Of a stretch of 64,000 bases of DNA, positions 10,373 through 19,889 are shown piece by piece. The DNA comes from an uncultured virus (IMG/VR IMGVR_UViG_3300006754_000008) (lineage: Duplodnaviria; Heunggongvirae; Uroviricota; Caudoviricetes). The stretch is from the IMG/VR virus record IMGVR_UViG_3300006754_000008; one strand, given 5' to 3'. A program made the translations under genes and the position numbers. The notes beneath the pieces were generated by a model. That model did no database searches and had not been told where the DNA came from. It saw nothing but the letters and a program-made list of their open reading frames with translations. Each line of letters opens with the position of its first letter. The stretch's first letter is position 1.

Positions 10373-11370
10373 TAGTTTTCTGTCTTTCTTAAAGGTCGCC
10401 TTCGGGTGGCCTTTAAGTATTAGGAGACATAACATGTTTGATTATTTAAATAATAAAAAAGTAATAATTGTGTTTGTAGGATTTCATGATTATGACGAGG
10501 AGAATGATGAATAAATTCCAAGTTAACAGTCTTCTTGCTTTGATATTCAATCTTTTAGAAGATAACGGCATTGAGTGGGCGAAGAATAGTAAGGGAAAGG
10601 TTGAATCTGTTGCTAATGTTTACACTGGAATGGACGAATTGGGAAACCTTTTCTTCTTAGATTTCAGTAAAGAGGGCGAAGTATATCTCTCTTTAGAGCA
10701 GCCAACGCTAGATAATCGTGTAGAATATCAAGTATTTCATCACGATTATGAGGAAAAAGTAAAAAATCTACTAAATGTTGCTTAATAAGCAAGCCTAATG
10801 GCTCCTTCGGGAGCTTTTAGGCAGAATTAAATGGTGGATACTAGAACCAAGTAAATGTCATAGGCTTATTAACGGTAAGTTGAAGCTGGTAAAGCATACA
10901 TCAACAATAGGCGCGTTACATAACAACGGATATATAAAATGAGTACAGCAAAACAGTTGATAGATAGTGTTGTTAGCGGTGAGTCCCCTGATAGTGTTCT
11001 ATCTGAGGGTATCCCTGGTGAGTTGAAAGCGACTACTGCCGATGTTTTTAGGAATGCGGTAGATCATTACAGTAAAAGAAATCATGTAGAGCCTAAGATA
11101 CTTAGCGGTACTATTGAGTATAGGATGGGGAGTAAGGTTATAGGTGTTGTAGATCCTACGAAGGGTACATGGCTATTTAGTAAAGATATGTTAGATGATT
11201 TAGATATTGACGGTAATCCTGATCATGAAAAGGGTGATGGGTTTAGTGGAATGTACTAGTGGCCTTAGTCTCTTATGTTTGGTGACGTAGTTTATTGTTT
11301 TGACTGTTACGTAAAGAAGTATTTCAAGGGGTAGGCATGGAGATATCTCAGACTTATAGGAGCTTTTTGC

Positions 11371-11398
11371 TTGACAGTTGAGCACAAATATCTATAGT
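11371..11398 (+). promoter_or_regulatory. sigma70-like promoter for the tRNA-Leu pair
   Basis: TTGACA-16nt-TATAGT, 11 nt before the tRNA. Confidence 0.5.
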
Positions 11399-11409
11399 AA
11401 TGAATACTT

Positions 11410-11493
11410 GGGGCCATGGCGTAACTGGTAGCCGCATCAGACTTAAAATCTGACGATTATATAATCGTCCCGGTTCGAATCCGGGTGGCCCTA
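11410..11493 (+). tRNA. tRNA-Leu(TAA)
   Basis: TCAGA-CTTAAAA-TCTGA anticodon arm, long variable arm, GGTTCGAATCC. Confidence 0.92.
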
Positions 11494-11540
11494 ATAAGTT
11501 ATCTGTTTTTACTATAACATAAAAATATTAATAGAAAAAC

Positions 11541-11627
11541 GCCGAGTTGGTGGAATTGGTTTACACCGGAGACTTAAAATCTCCCGAGTTTTATATACTC
11601 ATGCGGGTTCGAATCCCGTGCTCGGTA
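11541..11627 (+). tRNA. tRNA-Leu(TAA), second divergent copy
   Basis: GGAGA-CTTAAAA-TCTCC arm, GGTTCGAATCC, GCCGAGT/GCTCGGT acceptor. Confidence 0.92.
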
Positions 11628-11674
11628 CTATTAGAGAGGAAAGTCTTTCTTTTAAATTTCGAATAGGAAATGAG

Positions 11675-12112
11675 ATGAAAATTAATCTAGTGATTCTTTG
11701 TTCTTCCGAAAAACAGTTATATAATGTTATGAAGTATTTTGAAAGCAAGGAAATTAAACCACGAGCTACAACTATGTATCCAAATGAAAGGATTCCCCAT
11801 GCTTGGATGGATGCTTTAGACAAACATGGAGGGGTTTTTTTAATAATTATGTCCGGGTATCATCCCACTAATAGGGATTTTCAAGAGATTTCCTATAACG
11901 GATATAATTGGTTTGGTCAGCAATATCTTGAAAATAACAATGTCCAAGCGACACCTTATCTTAAATTTGTCACGGAACACGTTCTTCTAGGAGTTGTTCC
12001 TCCCGCTGCTCCTAAGAACAATGATAATCGTAAAACGTGTTTTTGGTGTGACAGTCCTACAAGAAAAGCCGGCGGTGGGATATATGACATTTGTACATCT
12101 TGTGGTAAGTAA
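11675..12112 (+). CDS. hypothetical protein with C-terminal Zn ribbon
   Basis: CFWC...CTSCGK; start moved downstream of the tRNA. Confidence 0.7.
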   Translation: MKINLVILCSSEKQLYNVMKYFESKEIKPRATTMYPNERIPHAWMDALDKHGGVFLIIMSGYHPTNRDFQEISYNGYNWFGQQYLENNNVQATPYLKFVTEHVLLGVVPPAAPKNNDNRKTCFWCDSPTRKAGGGIYDICTSCGK

Positions 12113-12804
12113 AAGGAGATAAAAGATGTGTTCTAAATTTATGGCCATGATCGCAACATTAATTATTATGCTTGGTATAACTTGGGGATTTTGGTACTAT
12201 GAAGAGCAGACGAGGATTACCAGTTGTAAAACATCTTTTCTTCGTGACCAAGAAACATGTGCGATTGTAGATTACGAGATGGATAAATATTTTATTGATT
12301 GTGAGTGTTACAAACAAAATGGTGAGTTAGAAATAAAAACTATTCTTGATCCCACTCTTGATCTCTAGGAGGCAAAAATGTTTTGGCTTGAATTTTTTGT
12401 TTTTACTACTCTTTGTATTGGCTTTGGTTGTGGACTTATATGTGCTAATAGAAGTTTTAATCCTTAAAAAGGAGCATGTATGTCAAGAACATATAGGAAG
12501 TATAAATCTTGGGTCGATTGGGTAAACGAATTCGAAAACAGGCTTAAGAATGGCTTGGTTGCCGTATCAAAATTGGAAGTGCTTCGGGATGGGCGCAATG
12601 GCATAGACGAGGTATTGGGCAGACGACAGAAAAGATACCGTCGTAAGTTAACCCGACGAGCGAGGAGAATCAGAGATAAGGAAGCAATCGAAGAACAGTT
12701 TGGGTAGCAAGATTTCCAAGAACCTTAATAGTTTATTAAGATGGCATGAAATGGGCAGTGTTATCACAGTGCTTTTTATTAGCTCATAATAAGGTTTTTG
12801 GATT

Positions 12805-12881
12805 GGGTCGGTAGCTCAGCCAGGTAGAGCAGTAGACTTTTAATCTATTGGTCGTGGGTTCGATTCCCGCCCGACTCACCA
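12805..12881 (+). tRNA. tRNA-Lys(TTT)
   Basis: GTAGA-CTTTTAA-TCTAT arm, encoded CCA. Confidence 0.95.
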
Positions 12882-14249
12882 TAGACAACATGCGATAACA
12901 TTCGGAATGTTACTGTGCGATTTGAATGTTATCATGCTGTAAACAAAAGCATTTTGAGACATCTGCAAGGGTAGCTCAATTGATATAGTCTTAATAGCTG
13001 AACCGTTCGTTACAACGATCATATGAAGATCTAAGTTGTTTGTAAAGGTTTGATCACCTGAGCGGGCAACCTCTTGCGGCGGTTCGGCGGCGCTTTTCCA
13101 TTATTTTATCAGGAGAAATAAAGATGATACATGCGAGTAAGAAGATTTGTCAAATTTGTAGCGTTGAGAAGTGTGATTGGAATGTTTGTGATGCTTGTAA
13201 AAAAGCAGTAAAAGAAGATATTCGAGTAAAGGCTATTCGTTCTCATAAGTTAGTTGGCCTAGGATCACTTACTTCTGTTGACGAATGTTATGATGATCAT
13301 GAGCTTGTGATTCATCTTAATGAAAGTGGTGCTGATACTGAGAAAAAAGCTATTAAGTGGGCACTTGAAAATGAAGGATTGTGGAAAGAACAAGCCACGA
13401 ATTGTCGATGGGGTGCAGACGACGATCCTCAATTAAAAGATTACAAAGATTGGCAAGAAAAAGTGAAAGATTTGTCATGAGAGAAATTCCAAAATGTTCT
13501 TGTGGGGCGCATAGTTGGAAACATGGCAGTGCTTCCTTTAGTATTCTTTTACAGGAAAAATATTACACATGTGATGTTTGTCATAAAGTTGGCCTTCAGA
13601 TTTCTCATACTGGCTATTATGTTTTTCTAATATATAATCAAGCATCGGCAGAATTGGTAACTGAATACATCAATGGTTATCTATTAGATACATCTAGAGA
13701 ATATAAAATTGAGGTTGAGGGTGTCAGAGAGCGGCGTGAAAATTCTGATATTGCTGATCTTCTTACTTCAATGGGCATTGATTCTTCCAAGGGCTGGAAA
13801 TATGAAGCGGCAACGGATGAGATGGGAGAATTTATTATGGTGCCATCTAAAATTTGGGATGGTGGGGAGCGAGTTTATGAATATCAGGATGATGATGGAA
13901 ATCGTTTAGATACAGATCAGGTAGTGCTGCGAGAAGAGATGAAGAAGATTTTTGACAAGCATAATGATTTTCCCGGAAACATTATAGCCCCATGGATGCC
14001 TGTTTATTTTCCCTTTTTCATGGACGGTTATTTGCTGGTAAACAGTGAATGGCGGGAGATTCCCAAAAAGTTGAAGTCATAGGAGAGAGTTATGTCATCT
14101 AAGCAGACACAAGAGCAGCCTTATTTATATCTTTATCTGATAATGGATAGGTCAAAGCAGTCGTTTGAAGAGGCTGAGGAAGGGGAAAAAGAAGAGCGTG
14201 GAGTTTCCGAGGTTGATTTTACGGTAAATTACACTGTGGGAGAAGACGA

Positions 14250-14837
14250 ATGACAACTCATCACATCGCCAAGCCAGATATATTTTTTAAGGCAATGGTT
14301 AAAGTCTGTCATCCTTCTTATCGTGGAAGAATGTTTAAGATTAGCACTAAGATTCCTGATCGTTTGGACTCTTATTGGAGTGGTGGAAGCAAGGATGACT
14401 TTGTATTTTATGAGCTATCTACTGGAACAATTGCTCAAGTTAATAGAAATCACCCTTTTTATGAGGCAGATCAGCCTAGTAAACTAAAAGAACTGCCTAT
14501 AGGCTTTGTTATTGTAAAACATACAATGTTTCAGGGAAAAGATTTGGGAATTACTGTTTATGGGAATCCTGAGGATATTTCTCCTTTATTGCCTCCTTCA
14601 GAAGAGTTGAGTGTTGATGAAGATGCTGTTCTCTTTTTTACTCGCTCTTATCAGTCGAGCTATGGTGGTATTAAGAATTTTCGTTATCATGAGGCACATC
14701 GTGAGATGGGAATTACTGAGAAGCGTTGGGAAAAAGCCAAAGCTAGTTTGATTGGTAGAAAGTTGCTTAATAAGGCAGGAGCGATTACGCCTTCTGGTAG
14801 AAATGCCGTTGGAGAGCGTTTCAGTTACGGAGCATAG
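14250..14837 (+). CDS. hypothetical protein
   Basis: 195-aa ORF; C-terminal LLNKAGAITPSGR is winged-helix-like. Confidence 0.7.
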   Translation: MTTHHIAKPDIFFKAMVKVCHPSYRGRMFKISTKIPDRLDSYWSGGSKDDFVFYELSTGTIAQVNRNHPFYEADQPSKLKELPIGFVIVKHTMFQGKDLGITVYGNPEDISPLLPPSEELSVDEDAVLFFTRSYQSSYGGIKNFRYHEAHREMGITEKRWEKAKASLIGRKLLNKAGAITPSGRNAVGERFSYGA

Positions 14838-15072
14838 TTACAAAGGAATAATAAGATGAGAGAAGATATGGGGCCATTTCAGAGATTTGTTGATTCGTCA
14901 ACTCGTAACATTCTTTTTCGCCACGCCCTTCACAATGGCTGGCTTAAATATTTGGACAGAGAACATTATGGAAATCAGAAATGGGTAAAGCCTACTTTGT
15001 TGGGTTATGACATTGCTTCTGATTTTCTTATGAATATTGTGAAGTAAGTAATAGAAATTTTAGGAGATTACA

Positions 15073-15282
15073 ATGGCCCAAAAAGATCTTAGAGAAATTA
15101 AAAGAATGCTTAAATATGCTGGTGATTATCAGGAGGAAGCAAGAAAAACTGCCGAAAGAGTTGGCGACAAAGAAGGAGCTTCAAGGATTCGGGAAGCAGA
15201 AGAGAAGAACAAAGAGACTATCGAGAGTTTCCCTGAAGACTTTATCTGTTGTCATAAGAAGCCTTGGCTGTGGAGATTCTAA
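15073..15282 (+). CDS. small protein, paralog of 44853..45026
   Basis: shared AERVGDKEGAxRIxEAEEKN. Confidence 0.7.
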   Translation: MAQKDLREIKRMLKYAGDYQEEARKTAERVGDKEGASRIREAEEKNKETIESFPEDFICCHKKPWLWRF

Positions 15283-15484
15283 TGATTTTTCACATAAAGA
15301 GATGTGAATAGACCAGCAACCTTTGGCGGCTGGCAGATCAGATACTTGGGGCTGATTAAGAATACATTGTTTAATTTCTAGCGGTATACTTTGCACGTTG
15401 TGCTAGCATTGCGTATATTTCGGGAATCGAATCAATAGATATTCTATAAGGGATAAAGCACAACTGAAGACCTACTCAAGTTAA

Positions 15485-15563
15485 AGCGCCCATATACCCT
15501 GTGGTTTCTACCCACTTGAAAGGTTAACTGGACACATGGGGGTTCGACTCCCTCTGGGCGTTC
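15485..15563 (+). ncRNA. tRNA-like RNA lacking a canonical D-arm (TCT loop)
   Basis: AGCGCCCA/TGGGCGTT terminal stem, GTGG-TTTCTAC-CCAC arm, GGGGGTTCGACTCCCT T-arm. Confidence 0.6.
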
Positions 15564-15757
15564 CGAAAAAGTTTTTTTAAATCTATAAGATTATTATGTT
15601 GCTCCCAATGACAATTTTTACATAATGCGATGAGATTTGAAAGAGCATTAATCGTAGATATTGAAACATCCATATCAAAATCTTTAATTGCTTTTATGTG
15701 GCTATTATTGCATTTTAGCTAGTAAAAATTATACTATAAATCTAATGAGGTATTTAT

Positions 15758-16942
15758 ATGTCAGAACATATGAAGGAAAAGGGTTATAATCAGAGACAAA
15801 AAAGAAATGCTAAGAAGGTGCAGGAAAAAGCTATTCGTGATTCCGAAAGAAAAGTAAGTATTGCTTTGAGCAGATATAGCCATGGCTCTTCTAAAGAATA
15901 TTTTAGCTATGCTGAGAATAGGACTCAGACTGCCAAGTTGCGACGTATTTCTAAAAGCCAAGCTTTTCAAAGGATTACTGGGAATTCTTTAAAAATTGGT
16001 GACTTAAAAGGCTGGAATCCTAGGACAAATAGTGTTCGTGGAATTTTAGAATCTTTGATAAAACATATTCATGTAACTTATCCAGTTCCCAATTTTCTGT
16101 ATAATGCTTTCATTTCGGATATTTATCCCGATAGAACCTTGGCACTATTTACTTTAAAGCATCTTACAAATGGTGGGAAGCCAAAAGATTTGTTAGGAAC
16201 GGCAATAGATGCTCCATTAACAAAGAAAATGATTCACTTGTTTCTTTCTTCGACTCAGCCCACTTTCGTAAGAGCAATTAGAGAAGCTCAGTTCAAGGCT
16301 CAAGGTGGTGATCCGACAGTTTTTAGAGCATTTATTCTTGCCAGGCCGAGAGTATATGAAACAATTAGGGAAAAAAGGTATTTTGAGGTTATTAGCTGGT
16401 TGTCAAAAATAGGAATGATTGAACATGGAATGGTTGGCCCGATGCTTGATTTTTTCGATTATCAATATCGAATTAATCTTAGCTATAGCTTAAAAGGTCG
16501 GACAGCACATTCTGTGATGAGTGCCATGGAAGAATGGCATAAAGAATTACAAAAAAGTAAGATTGTTGGTCCTCAAGAATATCCACCCCTTCCTGGCGTC
16601 AATTCTTTTTCTTATGAAAAGTTTGTTGGACGCGGAGAAGGACGCAGAGTGGCTTCTGTTTTTACAATTACTCCTATTTTGAGTGGTAAAGATTTGGCCA
16701 AAGAGGGTAAGTCTTTGGGACATTGTGTAGCTAGTTATAGTCGTAGCATGATCAATGGACACTCTTATATTTGGAGCATGAGCGAGAATGGTGCTAGAAA
16801 ATTAACAATACAGGTGAATGAACGGCTAGAAATTATTCAAGCCCGTGGGAAGTATAATCGTACACCCACTAATTCTGAGAAAATGCTCATTAAAAGATGG
16901 GCAAATGAGAATCAATTAACCATCAGACTTTATTATTGGTAA
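15758..16942 (+). CDS. PcfJ-like domain protein
   Basis: C-terminal LAKEGKSLGHCVASY...TIQV...IQARGKYN. Confidence 0.75.
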   Translation: MSEHMKEKGYNQRQKRNAKKVQEKAIRDSERKVSIALSRYSHGSSKEYFSYAENRTQTAKLRRISKSQAFQRITGNSLKIGDLKGWNPRTNSVRGILESLIKHIHVTYPVPNFLYNAFISDIYPDRTLALFTLKHLTNGGKPKDLLGTAIDAPLTKKMIHLFLSSTQPTFVRAIREAQFKAQGGDPTVFRAFILARPRVYETIREKRYFEVISWLSKIGMIEHGMVGPMLDFFDYQYRINLSYSLKGRTAHSVMSAMEEWHKELQKSKIVGPQEYPPLPGVNSFSYEKFVGRGEGRRVASVFTITPILSGKDLAKEGKSLGHCVASYSRSMINGHSYIWSMSENGARKLTIQVNERLEIIQARGKYNRTPTNSEKMLIKRWANENQLTIRLYYW

Positions 16943-17900
16943 AGTAAATTACACAGGAGAGAGAAAATGTCAGAGGCGAGTTTAATTTTGGAGGAAGGTA
17001 AGCGTTCTAAGGTTATTGTCGAATATATCTACCGAGGTATTAGAGACCAGAAATTTACCTTGGAAGATGGAGATACGCTTGTTATTCCTGGTAATTCAAG
17101 AAGAGTCGGCGTGTTGGTTGGAGTCAAGATGAAGAAAAATAAGTATGGTATTGGTTTTTCTCTTACTAATACTAGTGCAGGGGATGTATTTGATAAGTCT
17201 CTTGGGATTGCTTCTGCTCTTACAAGGGCACTTGGATATCAGGGATCTCCAAAGGTTCCAGAGAGTATCATTCCTGAATTTATGAAATTCTTGGAAAGAT
17301 CCGGCGCTTACTTTAAGGATCTTAAGCTTCATAACTGTCCTAGTCTTCGTCAGTAACATTTTACCTTTAGGTTTCTTCGGGAGCCTTTAGGTATTATAAT
17401 ATAAAACAAGGTAAAGGAAATGAAATCTCTGGGATATTTTCGTTTAGAGGTTCCGAAAACTGGTGCTCGGATTACGGCAGAGAAAATTCAAGGGCCTAAT
17501 GGTATTATTTTTCAACACGGATCTATTATCTTTAAGGAAAATGAGTTAAGGGAGATTGGGAAAGCGCCGGATGGTATAATTCCCCCTCCATCTACAGCCC
17601 CATGGGCTTAAGTTTTTCAGATTTTATCAGTATTATTTTGTCTTTAGACTTAACTTATGTCTTTGGGCTACAAATTTAAAGGAATATTCAATGTCTAGAT
17701 ATGGTTCATATAGAGATTATGTTAGCGATCATCTTCCTATAGAAGAGAGAGATCGTGGTGCCAACGATGAAGGTTATTATTATTTTTATTGTTGTCATTG
17801 TGGAGAAAAAACCGAACATGAAAATGGTTGTTGCTGTATTTGTAATACAGAGAACGATCCCAATTATTAAAAAAAATGCTTTCTTATTAAGAAAGCAAAT

Positions 17901-17972
17901 GCTCCCGTCGTCTAATGGACAGGGCCATCGGTTTCTACCCGATAGATGTGGGTTCGATTCCTGCCGGGAGTA
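17901..17972 (+). tRNA. tRNA-Arg(TCT)
   Basis: ATCGG-TTTCTAC-CCGAT arm, GGTTCGATTCC. Confidence 0.9.
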
Positions 17973-18182
17973 TCAAAAGGGGTTTCACAATGTGGCTTTT
18001 TCATTCCATCATAGATTCTCTTAGTTATTATCGAAATAGAATTAGCTTTATGCTTGGAATTAAAGAATCTTCTTGTAGGAAAACTGATGAAATTTATTAT
18101 TCACCAATAGAAAATGACTGGGAGGGAAATGATGATTAATAAATGTCGATAATTTTATTTCATAGAGCTATTGGAAGTTTAG

Positions 18183-18267
18183 CGGCTTGTAACTCAGTCT
18201 GGTAGAGTGCCACTCTGATAAAGTGGAAGCCTTTGGTATAACGTTGGTTCAAATCCATCCAAGCCGA
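18183..18267 (+). tRNA. tRNA-Ile(GAT) with long variable arm
   Basis: CCACT-CTGATAA-AGTGG arm, ~16-nt variable region, CGGCTTG/CAAGCCG acceptor. Confidence 0.85.
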
Positions 18268-18340
18268 TAGCACCTTGAAAACTTAATAGTAGATCGTGAA
18301 ATAAATGGACCCTTAGCTCAGTTGGTTAGAGCTTCCGGCT

Positions 18341-18955
18341 TAGTAGAGAAAAATCTACGTGTTAATCAATTCTGGATGGTGTAACTCAGCGTGACAATTA
18401 GCGCAAAGCAACTCACATTTTTCAACTTCTATTTGGATTGTTGTGAGACTGTGATTGGATAAACTTCTAAGATCAAGTTTAATTTTTTTCTCAGAAGCAA
18501 TTTTGTGATGAAAACACAAAGCAGAAATGTTTTTTTTGTAACCACAAACTTTACATTTCCCTCCGAGATCTTTAATAAGTTTTGCTTTTCGTTTCATGCC
18601 TCGTTTTCGTTGCGCTTGATAGTTCTGAAATTTAACATTTGAGGTTTTACACTTACATTTATTGGAACAAAATTTTCTTTGTAATCCAGTAAGTGTTTTA
18701 TCGCAAGTAATACATTTCAACATATGATTTTTCTCCTTGGGCTGCTAATATATTATGATAGACATCATAATCTAATACAAGTATATTAGTATAATCTGTC
18801 AAATTCGGGGAACACTAAGGGAATTTATATTTCTATGTCAATCCCGAGCCAAGCCTAGAAATGGGAAGGTGTAGAGACTTGACGGCAGACCCGTAAAGGG
18901 AAGAGAAAGTCCAGACTACAAACTCGAAAGGGGCAATGAAAATTGTAGTAGTACG
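18341..18955 (+). mobile_element. group I intron in the tRNA anticodon loop
   Basis: follows U33, ends in G; core-like elements AAATTCGGGGAA, ATCCCGAGCCAAG, GTAGAGACTTGACGG, AAGAGAAAGTCCA. Confidence 0.88.
18355..18723 (-). CDS. intron-encoded HNH homing endonuclease (antisense)
   Basis: CKVCG...FHH...KCELLCANCHAELH. Confidence 0.85.
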   Translation of the reverse strand: MLKCITCDKTLTGLQRKFCSNKCKCKTSNVKFQNYQAQRKRGMKRKAKLIKDLGGKCKVCGYKKNISALCFHHKIASEKKIKLDLRSLSNHSLTTIQIEVEKCELLCANCHAELHHPELINT

Positions 18956-19787
18956 CATAACCGGATGGTCACTGGTTCGAATCCAGTAGGGTCTATAAGA
19001 TGGCAGGATATTAAATCCTATTTTATTAATGTTCGAAAGAGAGAGGCATTATGAGAAAAATTAGTTGGATAGCCCAATTAATCCAAATGAAATTTCAGAA
19101 GAAAATAGTTTGGGTGTTGGGATTATTGAACAGGTTAATATGATATAAGGAGAAGATAGTGGCAGATATTTCCGATGAAGTAAGATTTTTAATGGATGCT
19201 TACGATAAAGCAAAAAGTAAAACTGATTTTCATAAACGACTCAAAGAACTTTATCTTGAGGGCGAAGTAACTTTGGTTGCTTATGATGTAATAAAAAGAA
19301 TTTATGGAATACCTTTCTTGCCCTGATGGCTTCTGGACCTATCTGGGCAAGAGAGTTAAGGGAATTTTCCTTGTTTAATATAAACAAGGTGGTGGAGGCC
19401 GCCGGATTATAGGCGTCCCCAAAGTCCACATTCTGTGGCAAAGGGAAGTTGGATAATGGGAGAAGATATCTTATTCCCCTTAGATATCAAGGTCGGAGTC
19501 CAACTAAGTTTAAGTTAGCGGTGTGGTGGGGCTGACTTAGAAAAGGATAAAGAAATGATAGCAACAACTGTTGGCTATGTTCGAATTTCGTATTATATGA
19601 CTCTTCCAGATGGAGTTTTTGTTGCGGAAGCAGCATGTTTGAGCAATGATTATTTTAATGAGCTACCTGATGCTATTGAATTTAGGAATAATATTCTTGG
19701 AAAAAGTGGATGGAATAGTGATATAGGCAAAGCTTATTATCGTTCTGATGTACAGTTAGCAAAAATAGTTAATAAATAGAATTAACA

Positions 19788-19860
19788 GGGTCCATAGCTC
19801 AGATGGTAGAGCAGTAGACTTTTAATCTATTGGCCGTAGGTTCGATTCCTACTGGACTCA
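19788..19860 (+). tRNA. tRNA-Lys(TTT), second copy
   Basis: GTAGA-CTTTTAA-TCTAT arm, GGTTCGATTCC. Confidence 0.93.
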
Positions 19861-19889
19861 CTAATGACGATTTAACAAGGGAGAGAAAA

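Larger units (their letters stand above)
18307..18995 (+). tRNA. intron-split tRNA CAT (Ile2/Met); exons 18307-18340 and 18956-18995
   Basis: joined exons give TCCGG-CT^CATAA-CCGGA anticodon arm and GGACCCT/AGGGTCT acceptor. Confidence 0.9.

Noticed and set aside
15501..15515. Amber suppressor/Pyl tRNA (CTA) and stop-codon recoding
   Set aside because: The 7-nt loop TTTCTAC centres on TCT (Arg), as at 17901; TAG ends many normal ORFs and long genes are intact in the standard code.
17755..18024. ORF starts or short ORFs overlapping tRNA genes (also 11618, 17915, 24307, 26773, 35513, 39658)
   Set aside because: They run through clear tRNA genes, so they are spurious or need downstream starts.
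19400..19540. Hairpin-rich intergenic segments (also about 22665-22775 and 15305-15470)
   Set aside because: Short stems are present, but there is no recognisable family or second copy to show covariation.
19830..19889. ORF-track start of the 710-aa protein
   Set aside because: It overlaps tRNA-Lys 19788-19860; ATG 19890 with a purine-rich RBS is more plausible.
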